DNA of 32,000 bases from positions 510,001 to 542,000 of the forward strand of contig NC_014729.1 in assembly GCF_000172995.2 (NCBI RefSeq), written 5' to 3'. The translations under genes and the position numbers were made by a program. The stretch is from Halogeometricum borinquense DSM 11551. GTDB taxonomy: Archaea > Halobacteriota > Halobacteria > Halobacteriales > Haloferacaceae. Numbering within the stretch: position 1 is the stretch's first letter; each line of letters begins with the position of its first letter. Below the pieces are notes generated by a model, which did not search any database, was not told where the DNA came from, and saw nothing but the letters and a program-made list of their open reading frames with translations. Shown in pieces: positions 25,359 to 32,000 of this stretch.

Positions 25359-26929
25359 TGGGACGTCTCCGAGACAACTGGCGAGTCCTGCTCCTCGTCG
25401 TCTTCCTCCTCGTCTCGACGTTCGCGCTGTTCTCCCCCACACTGGCGTCCGAGCCCGCCAATGCGGCTCCCGGCAACGCAACCGCTACCGGACCGACGAA
25501 TCTCAAGTTCGGTCTTGAACTCTCCGGCGGGACGCGCATTACCGCGCCGCTCGTCGGACTGACGGCCGAAAATGTCCAGTTCAACGACGATGAACCGCGC
25601 GTCGTCGAACAGAACGTCGCCGCCGAACTCGAAGGCGCAACGTCTTCTGACGTCACTGCGCGACTGTCTGCGAACGCCAGCACAGTCGAAGTAACGGCCG
25701 AGAACATCACGGAACAGGAGTTCCGGTCTGCACTGGATGCGTCGGGCTACCAGTACGAAACGGTCCGAGAGGGCGTCACTGCAGCGACGCGCGAGGAAGT
25801 CGTCGGCGTCCTCAACGACAAGATCAACGAGGCGGGTCTCTCCGGCGGATCGGCCCAACAGGTGACGACGGCAACCGGCCAACACTTCATTCGCGTCGAA
25901 GCGCCGAACCGCGATACCTCCGAGGTCCAGAAACTCGTCTCCGAACGTGGTACCGTCGTCGTCAAAGCGTACTACCCCGTCGAACAGAACGGTAGTACGA
26001 CGTACAAGTCGAAAATTGTCCTCGAACGTGAGGACTTCCAGGACATCGGGACTGCACAGGAGACACAGTCCGGCCCTGCGGTTCCGGTTACTGTCAAAGA
26101 GTCCGTCGCGCCCGAGTTCCAGCAGACGATGGTGGATACCCGCGTCGCCCGTCCCGGTGGGTCGCGGTGTGAGTACGATCAGAATCCCAACAGCACCGAG
26201 TCGTGTCTCCTCGTCGTCGTTGACGGTGAGGTGGTGAACTCCTTCGGTATGGCTGGTCGTCTTGCCGGGAGCATGCAGCGAGGCGAGTGGGCGAAAGACC
26301 CAGGCTTCCAACTGCAGACGCTCAGCATGTCCGAAGCACAGCAGGTTGCGATCAACCTCCGCGCGGGTGCACTCCCGGCGAAACTCGACCTCTCCGGTGA
26401 GGACGGCGGTACGACGTCGTACATCTCGTCGGGTCAAGGTGCGAGTTTCAAAATCGACTCGCTTATTACCGGCATCATCGCCGTGCTCGCGGTCAGCGGT
26501 GTTGTCTTCGTCCGCTACAGCGACGTGAAAGTCGCCGCGCCGATGATCGTCACCGCGCTCTCAGAGGTGGTTATCCTCCTCGGGTTCGCAGCGGCTATCG
26601 GCTATCCGCTCGACCTCTCGGTCATCGCCGGGTTCATCGCCGTCATCGGGACAGGTGTGGACGACCTCATCATCATCGCAGACGAGGTCATGGCAGAAGG
26701 TGAGGTGTCGTCGCGCCGCGTCTTCCAGTCGCGCTTCCGCAAAGCGTTCTGGGTCATTGGTGCGGCCGCCGCCACGACCATCATCGCCATGTCGCCGCTG
26801 GCAGTGTTGTCGCTCGGCGACCTGCAGGGCTTCGCTATCTTCACCATCCTCGGCGTTCTCGTCGGGGTTCTCATCACGCGACCGGCGTACGGTGACATCC
26901 TGCGCGCGCTGACGACGAACGACCGCTAA
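25358..26929 (+). CDS. secD: Protein-export membrane protein SecD
   Basis: 523-aa ORF with an N-terminal TM helix, a large periplasmic-type domain (LKFGLELSGGTRI) and a C-terminal six-TM core (IAVIGTGVDDLIIIADE). Confidence 0.9.
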   Translation: MGRLRDNWRVLLLVVFLLVSTFALFSPTLASEPANAAPGNATATGPTNLKFGLELSGGTRITAPLVGLTAENVQFNDDEPRVVEQNVAAELEGATSSDVTARLSANASTVEVTAENITEQEFRSALDASGYQYETVREGVTAATREEVVGVLNDKINEAGLSGGSAQQVTTATGQHFIRVEAPNRDTSEVQKLVSERGTVVVKAYYPVEQNGSTTYKSKIVLEREDFQDIGTAQETQSGPAVPVTVKESVAPEFQQTMVDTRVARPGGSRCEYDQNPNSTESCLLVVVDGEVVNSFGMAGRLAGSMQRGEWAKDPGFQLQTLSMSEAQQVAINLRAGALPAKLDLSGEDGGTTSYISSGQGASFKIDSLITGIIAVLAVSGVVFVRYSDVKVAAPMIVTALSEVVILLGFAAAIGYPLDLSVIAGFIAVIGTGVDDLIIIADEVMAEGEVSSRRVFQSRFRKAFWVIGAAAATTIIAMSPLAVLSLGDLQGFAIFTILGVLVGVLITRPAYGDILRALTTNDR

Positions 26930-26968
26930 GCACGCCAGCATTCTCGATTCATTCTGACTTCGTCGGGC

Positions 26969-26974
26969 TTTTTT
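26969..26974 (+). terminator. Oligo-T tract downstream of secD
   Basis: A T6 run lies about 40 nt after the secD stop. Archaeal termination commonly uses oligo-T tracts. Confidence 0.4.
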
Positions 26975-27101
26975 CACTCCGAAGACGACCTAACTCTGTA
27001 GGCGATTCATTGAGGTGATGATGCACCTACGAGATGGTGTACAGTGATTCGACTGAGTTGCCCGTCATACGCGGGAAACGACGAAGCTGCCGATATACAC
27101 G

Positions 27102-27311
27102 ATGTCCGCTGATTGCCCCCTGACCAGTAACGCAGGCACCGCCCCGTTTGCAGATCCTCCGACGGAGGCGCTGGTCGCCACAGTTGTCGAGTACGACGAC
27201 GAACCCGACGAGTGTACCATCTATCCCCTCCACGCAGACGAAGACGAACGAGTTACGTCGTGGATTTCCGCGAAGCGTGGCTCGTACGTCCAGTTGGATG
27301 AAATGCGCTGA
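27102..27311 (+). CDS. Small acidic hypothetical protein
   Basis: 69-aa ORF (..VVEYDDEPDECTIYPLHADEDERVTSWISAKRGSYVQLDEMR) with coding-like composition. Confidence 0.5.
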   Translation: MSADCPLTSNAGTAPFADPPTEALVATVVEYDDEPDECTIYPLHADEDERVTSWISAKRGSYVQLDEMR

Positions 27312-27446
27312 CGTCCCGATCTAACCGGGCTTTCGACCCTGTCTGAACGACAGCGAAACGTTTCGTTCGATCCTGGTTTTGGAAATATACAAAATGTTTT
27401 TTCTACATCAGAACATAGTATCGTACGGGAACAGGGGTGAACAGCG

Positions 27447-27815
27447 ATGCTGCCCGAACGTCCCACAAACGCTTGGACACAAGGTCTCGACCTCCCGAGC
27501 AGACTGTTCTCGACCGGTCGTAACGACTACGAACTGTACGAAGAGGACGGCGAGTTCGTCCTGAGCGTAGAGATGCCGGGCTTCGACCCCGAAGAGATCA
27601 CCGTCACGTGGGACGACGCCGTCCTTAACGTCGCGGCTGAACACGAAGACGAGGCACGCGGCCGTCGCAAGACGTACCACCGTCGGTTCCGCTTCCCGAA
27701 AAACGTGGATGACGAGGGGATCGCCGCGACGTACAACAACGGTATCCTACAGGTGACGCTCCCGGTCGCCACAGGAACCACGGCTGCCGGCAAGCAGATC
27801 GAGATCGAGTCCTAA
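27447..27815 (+). CDS. hsp20: Hsp20/alpha-crystallin small heat-shock protein
   Basis: FVLSVEMPGFDPEEITVTWDD..LNVAAEHE...RRFRFPKNVDDEGIAATYNNGILQVTLP is a canonical alpha-crystallin domain. Confidence 0.9.
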   Translation: MLPERPTNAWTQGLDLPSRLFSTGRNDYELYEEDGEFVLSVEMPGFDPEEITVTWDDAVLNVAAEHEDEARGRRKTYHRRFRFPKNVDDEGIAATYNNGILQVTLPVATGTTAAGKQIEIES

Positions 27816-27842
27816 CGGGGAGTACGCGCTCTGCTCCCGATT

Positions 27843-27875
27843 CGCGGATCTGTTTTTTGTACTCAGAAATCCGCG
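27843..27875. terminator. Hairpin with T6 in the loop between convergent hsp20 and rnhB
   Basis: CGCGGAT (27843-27849) pairs with ATCCGCG (27869-27875). The loop contains TTTTTT (27853-27858). The 3' arm overlaps the last codons of rnhB. Confidence 0.35.
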
Positions 27876-28537
27876 AGCGATGACTGCGCCGCCGCGTTGA
27901 GAACATCGTCGCAGGTTGCCCACGACGCTCGCGCGCAGTCCGGTAACTCGCCCGTCTCGCTGACGTACGTGCGCAGGAACTCCCTCGTCGTGGGGTCGCT
28001 GGGATACCCGCTTCCGACCGGTCCGTAGTCCTCGTATCGCTCTCCAATCGTCTCCATGAGCGTGTCACGCCGCACCTTGGCGACGACGCTCGCTGCGCCG
28101 ACGTGTGGATACGTTTCGTCCGCGCGGTGTTCGGAGACAACGGTCACGTCCGTTCCCTCATCGCCCACGCCGGTTCGGACGCGCCTACCGAACCGGGATT
28201 CGTCCACGTCACCCGCATCGGTCACCACCTCGTCTGCATCTTGCGCGACGGCCGCGACCGCCGCGACGTGTGCGGCCACGGTCAGCGAGTTCATGTCCGT
28301 CGTCGGGTCGTCGATACGTACCGGATCGATGGTGGCGACGCCGACGGTCACATCGTCTCGTCCCCGGAGCGTTTGGTCGATTTCTTCGCGCTGCGCCGAC
28401 GTGAGACGCTTCGAATCGTCGATTCCGTCGGGGAGTGCGTCCGCTGGTGCGCGTACCGCCGCGGCCACCATCGGGCCGAGGACGGGTCCCTTGCCCGCCT
28501 CGTCGCTGCCGATGCGGACGGGCGACTGGTCGGTCAT
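27863..28537 (-). CDS. rnhB: Ribonuclease HII
   Basis: GSDEAGKGPVLGPMVAAAV (DEAG catalytic motif), DDSKRL and the ADETYPHVGAASVVAK blocks. Confidence 0.92.
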   Translation of the reverse strand: MTDQSPVRIGSDEAGKGPVLGPMVAAAVRAPADALPDGIDDSKRLTSAQREEIDQTLRGRDDVTVGVATIDPVRIDDPTTDMNSLTVAAHVAAVAAVAQDADEVVTDAGDVDESRFGRRVRTGVGDEGTDVTVVSEHRADETYPHVGAASVVAKVRRDTLMETIGERYEDYGPVGSGYPSDPTTREFLRTYVSETGELPDCARASWATCDDVLNAAAQSSLADF

Positions 28538-28638
28538 GCCTCTCGGAGTGCCCGGCGACGACTAAGCGGTTGCGATGTCGGGAAAGAACGGAGACGGTGG
28601 CGGCGTCGCGCCGGACGGACGCGACGGCGACGCGTCGT

Positions 28639-28803
28639 TCAGTCGTCTGCGACGTGCGGTTCGGCTGGCTCGGGGTCCGGAGACTCCTCTTCGGCCAGTT
28701 CGTGCGGTTCGGCTTCCTCGTCGTCCATTTCCTCCTCCTCGGTACGGAGTTCTTTCTCGACGAGTGCTTCCCACTCGGGACTCGACTCACGGTGATGGCA
28801 CAT
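28639..28803 (-). CDS. Possible 54-aa highly acidic micro-protein
   Basis: Hand translation gives MCHHRESSPEWEALVEKELRTEEEEMDDEEAEPHELAEEESPDPEPAEPHVADD*. It falls below the 60-aa cutoff of the ORF track. It lies in the same orientation between pus10 and rnhB. The tracked 70-aa ORF on the same strand is Arg-rich and looks spurious. Confidence 0.3.
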   Translation of the reverse strand: MCHHRESSPEWEALVEKELRTEEEEMDDEEAEPHELAEEESPDPEPAEPHVADD

Positions 28804-28875
28804 GGTATCCTCCCGCACGAGACGATTGGACTGGAGTGTGCTAAATCTTGGGTGGCGAAAACGGAGGCAGGACGC

Positions 28876-30159
28876 TCAGTCGCGGAAGAATGCTTCGTCT
28901 TCGAACTCCTCGTCAACGCCGTACACGCCGGTTACGTCGAGTGCCGTCACTTCGGCATCGACGCCGAGGATGCCTGCGAGACTCGGATTCGTTCGTCCGT
29001 CGTCACCGGAGACGAGTTCTTTGATGTAGAGACCGCCCGCGCCGTGAATTTCGACAGTCGCGTGGCGTTCGTTCTCCCACTCGCCTGTCGCCTCGAACAC
29101 CTCTCGGGTCCGCGTGAGGGCGGCGCGGCGGTGGTCAACACGGTTCGGCGTGTACTGTTCGATGGTCGCGCCGTCGAGTTCCTCAAGAGCGTCTGTCAGT
29201 TCCGTCTCCGAAACGTCGTCGCCGAATTCGACTTCGGCGCGGTAGCGTTTCGAGGCGTTCAGTTCCTTCACCCGCTCGACCATGTCGTACTCGGCCAGAC
29301 GGAGGCCTTCAACCTCGATTTTGCCCTCCGCGAAGGCGTTGATATCGCCCTCCAAGCGTTCGACATCTACGTTCCGGCGGCGGGGCTCCATCACTTCGAT
29401 GACGAACGGCCGTCCCGTCCCGACCATCAGGGCATCCACGTCTTCGCGGCCCGCACCGTGGAATTTCGCGTCCGTGCCGTCCATCACGTCCATGACGACG
29501 GGCGCGCTCAGTCCCTCGACGCTGTCTTGGTACATGTAGCCCGTGCCGTCGCATTTGTCGCAGGGTTGCTTGCCGAGGTAGCCTGAGCCGTGGCACTTGT
29601 TACACGGCCATTCGGTCTGCGGAATATCGCGTTCGAGTTTGCGATAGCGCCCGTAGACGAACGTCGAGTTCACTTCGACTTCCACCGTGTCGGCGTCGAT
29701 ATCGAGGAGGAACTGCACGTCTGGACGGCCGAACTCCACGTCCGTCTCGGTCAGGCGGCCGAATCGCTTGCCGACCTCGCGGTTGAACTCGGATTTGAAC
29801 AGTTCGCCCGCATCGTCGGGGAGTCCGGCACCCTCGCGCAGGAGGACTTCGTTCTCTTCGACCAACGGCGGCGCGCGCGTCCCGACCTGATACGTGTCGA
29901 ATTCCACGTCTTCGACCGACTCGGCGCACCGTTCGGCCCAGTCGTCGAATCGGGCGCACTCACCCTCGCACACCCAGCAGTCCTCGCGGGCCACGTCCTC
30001 GGGTTCCTCGTCGTCTTCGAGGGCGGCGGCGACGCGGAGGCTCCGGCCGCGTTCGGCGTTCGTCAAGCCGTAACTCTTGTCGGCAAAGACGCGGCCGAGG
30101 CAGGGGTCACAGATGGGTCCCTGTGCGGCGAGTTCGCGCGCGTCCTCCAAGATACTCAT
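28876..30159 (-). CDS. pus10: tRNA pseudouridine(54/55) synthase Pus10
   Basis: 427-aa ORF with an N-terminal zinc-binding CDPCLGR...CWVCEG, a second zinc ribbon CNKCHGSG...CDKCDG, and the catalytic-domain context GAGREDVDALMVGTGRPFVIEV. Confidence 0.9.
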   Translation of the reverse strand: MSILEDARELAAQGPICDPCLGRVFADKSYGLTNAERGRSLRVAAALEDDEEPEDVAREDCWVCEGECARFDDWAERCAESVEDVEFDTYQVGTRAPPLVEENEVLLREGAGLPDDAGELFKSEFNREVGKRFGRLTETDVEFGRPDVQFLLDIDADTVEVEVNSTFVYGRYRKLERDIPQTEWPCNKCHGSGYLGKQPCDKCDGTGYMYQDSVEGLSAPVVMDVMDGTDAKFHGAGREDVDALMVGTGRPFVIEVMEPRRRNVDVERLEGDINAFAEGKIEVEGLRLAEYDMVERVKELNASKRYRAEVEFGDDVSETELTDALEELDGATIEQYTPNRVDHRRAALTRTREVFEATGEWENERHATVEIHGAGGLYIKELVSGDDGRTNPSLAGILGVDAEVTALDVTGVYGVDEEFEDEAFFRD

Positions 30160-30248
30160 ACCGAGTGATACGGTGGCGCGCGTTTCTGTCTTCCCCTTTC
30201 AGACGACGCTTGTACGAGTGTCCGCTGAGTCAGGGAGAAAGGACTGAA

Positions 30249-30290
30249 ATGGGGAAGGACGGGACCGAGATGGGGAAAGGAGGGACCGAG
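30249..30290 (+). repeat. Two tandem copies of a purine-rich 21-mer
   Basis: ATGGGGAAGGACGGGACCGAG (30249-30269) is followed directly by ATGGGGAAAGGAGGGACCGAG (30270-30290), with 18 of 21 positions identical. A partial related stretch GGGAGAAAGGACTGAA lies just before. Confidence 0.8.
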
Positions 30291-30342
30291 GTGAGATGAG
30301 TGGAGGGCCGAAGTCAGGGGTGCATCCGCAAGTGTGAGTCGC

Positions 30343-30654
30343 CTACGCCATCGACACCTCTCGGACCTCCTTCACACCGAACCCGGCTTCGAGAGCGTCG
30401 GCAACGCTTTCGGCGTCGGGTGGGCCGCTGACGCGCAACGCGGCGTCGAGATCCACGCGCATGTCGTTCAGTGCGGGTCGCAAACCGCTCACGTCTACGC
30501 GGTCCACGCTGGCGACGCACTCCACGGCATCGAGGCGGGCGCGGACGCCCTCCTGTAAGTCGCCGTCCGCATCGCGCGTGACGAGGACCGTCAGCGAGGC
30601 GGCAACTGGGTAGTCGTCTTGCTGTGCATTCTGGCTGGGTTGGGTGATTGCCAT
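30343..30654 (-). CDS. Hypothetical acidic protein
   Basis: 103-aa ORF with haloarchaeal-like composition (DADGDLQEGVRARLDAVECVASVDRVDV...). No motif recognised. Confidence 0.55.
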   Translation of the reverse strand: MAITQPSQNAQQDDYPVAASLTVLVTRDADGDLQEGVRARLDAVECVASVDRVDVSGLRPALNDMRVDLDAALRVSGPPDAESVADALEAGFGVKEVREVSMA

Positions 30655-31200
30655 AGGCTCCCGGCGCGAGTCGAACGCGCACCTCGTGTCGTCTGTGACG
30701 ACACGCGACTGCCGACACGGAAGCGGTCCGGTCTGGATGCTCCGTGCTCAGCACGAACACAGGCCGCGCGAGAAAGGGGGAACGAGCCCGATCCGTCTCG
30801 ATTGTGAGTGACACGCGAGAACGGAAACCGGGTACCCGGACCCCGTCCGCGCGGCGCGTGGTTATGCGCCGAGCGCGGACCGGACGCAGAGGGAACTGGG
30901 TTTTCCATTTTCGGAAAAGCCCGTGTAAATGACCCGTACCATCCCCTCACCGGTTGCGGCGGCCGCAGTCGCGGCTGCCCCAAGTGGCGGATGGCGTGTG
31001 ATGGTATTCCGGGTCATCGGTTCCTCTGCCCGCAGGGTCGCGGGACTCAGTTCGGGAGACGACTCCGTTTCACTTAACGTTTGTTCAGGTGTGGGAAAAG
31101 GTAGCAAAGTATACCCGGCGCGAACGCATGAGCTACGATGTTCGCTCGCCGGGCGGTACGTCCGATGCCCACGGAGTACCGGTTTGACGCAATCGCTCGG

Positions 31201-32000
31201 TTAGTCGTCGCTCTCGATGGGGGTGCTCTCCTCTTCGGAGAAGCCCTCGGAGTTCTCGATACGGTTGCGTGCCTCGCCGTCGAACTGCATCTCCGTCTCT
31301 TGGTAATCCGAGACGAAGGAGAGTTCGTGGTGCGATTCGGTCGGGTGGTCGAGGTAGCGTCCTTCCAGGTCGAACTGCGCTTCCTCGTCCGTTTCGGCCA
31401 GCGCGCGGAAGTCCTCGTAGACGCTGTGTGCGCCCGAGTGCAGGCCGAACAGCGTGATGAAGATGTACTCGTAGCCGAGGTCCCCGAGTTCCTCGAACGT
31501 GAGTGGGTCTTCCTCTTTCGACCACGCAAACGACGAGGAGTAGTTGAACGCTAACTTCAGATCCGGATGCGTCTCGTGGATGGTTTCGGCGTAGTTGACC
31601 GCGTCCTCGCGGGACGGGTCGGGCATCTCGGGCCACACCATATCGACACCCGCGTCGGCGTATATCCGGCCGCGTTCGAGATGTTCCTCCCAGTCTCCGT
31701 TCGACGACCCGTATGCGTCAGTCCGGGCGATGATGAACGTATCCTCAGACTGCTTTGCGTCCACAGCCGCCTCGAAGCGCGCGCGGGCCTTGTCGCGGGA
31801 GATAATCTGCTTGCCCGCGATGTGTCCACACCGCTTGGGCGTCGTCTGGTCCTCGATGTGGATGGCGGCGACGCCGGCCTTCTCGTACTCGCGGACGGCA
31901 CGGCGGACGTTGTGGACGCCGCCGTATCCCGTGTCACAGTCTGCGATCACGGGCAGATTCGTCGCCTCGACGATGCGCTTTGCGTTCTCGACCATTTCGG
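31201..32000 (-). CDS. aceA: Isocitrate lyase (PEP mutase/ICL superfamily, haloarchaeal type), N-terminus beyond window
   Basis: CDTGYGG and the ICL signature K-[KR]-C-G-H in [15 protein letters not shown]. The frame stays open to position 32000, so the ATG at 31995 is probably internal. Confidence 0.8.
   Translation of the reverse strand, partial: EMVENAKRIVEATNLPVIADCDTGYGGVHNVRRAVREYEKAGVAAIHIEDQTTPKRCGHIAGKQIISRDKARARFEAAVDAKQSEDTFIIARTDAYGSSNGDWEEHLERGRIYADAGVDMVWPEMPDPSREDAVNYAETIHETHPDLKLAFNYSSSFAWSKEEDPLTFEELGDLGYEYIFITLFGLHSGAHSVYEDFRALAETDEEAQFDLEGRYLDHPTESHHELSFVSDYQETEMQFDGEARNRIENSEGFSEEESTPIESDD

Noticed and set aside
25238-26437. 399-aa minus-strand ORF over secD, and the 248-aa ORF at 24735-25481 over secF
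   Set aside because: Both are antisense to clearly recognisable SecD/SecF genes and give Arg-rich products without motifs.
28435-29586. 383-aa plus-strand ORF over pus10, and the 192-aa ORF at 29590-30168
   Set aside because: Both are antisense shadows of Pus10. The minus-strand frame carries the zinc-ribbon and catalytic motifs.
30655-31200. RNase P or SRP RNA in the GC-rich gap
   Set aside because: Neither strand contains a GAGGAAAGTCC or GGCTTA pair. ACGGAAACCGGGTAC (about 30811) and GAGAAAGGGGG (about 30770) only loosely resemble conserved regions and are too close together. The region is kept as an unclassified structured region instead.

Overview
High-GC segment with an acidic predicted proteome and HTH-10/Bat, HalOD1 and PAN genes, so most likely a haloarchaeal (class Halobacteria) chromosome. 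Most of the 32 kb is tightly packed core metabolism and information processing. The recognisable genes are aconitase, a dUTPase-like enzyme, PAN, PdaD, aIF5B, a PRC-barrel protein plus Nob1, PGI, SecF/SecD, Hsp20, RNase HII, Pus10 and a partial isocitrate lyase. There is also a membrane/lipid cluster: a CDP-alcohol phosphatidyltransferase overlapping a TVP38/DedA-like gene by 4 bp, with a GT2 glycosyltransferase nearby. No rRNA, tRNA, CRISPR array, transposase or integrase was recognised. Four things fall outside the housekeeping picture. (1) A low-GC, AT3-codon island of about 2.5 kb (about 11.8-14.3 kb) sits between a small zinc-ribbon ORF and the 3' end of infB. It carries a 452-aa protein with an AlbA_2/Schlafen-like N-terminal domain and an unrecognisable C-terminal half, then about 500 nt of hairpin-dense non-coding DNA, then a 65-aa two-TM micro-protein. 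This is my best candidate for an undescribed accessory or defence-type module. (2) About 13 same-strand TTACCAA-type motifs lie in the infB / PRC-barrel-nob1 divergent intergenic region, spaced at multiples of about 10.7 bp, followed by a perfect 11-bp tandem duplication. (3) A 545-bp GC-rich gap next to isocitrate lyase has no credible ORF but has long hairpins. (4) A well-formed CxxC...CxxC zinc-ribbon ORF at the island edge has no in-frame ATG/GTG/TTG upstream of its first cysteine pair. All functional calls come from by-eye motif recognition in the supplied translations. No database search was run.
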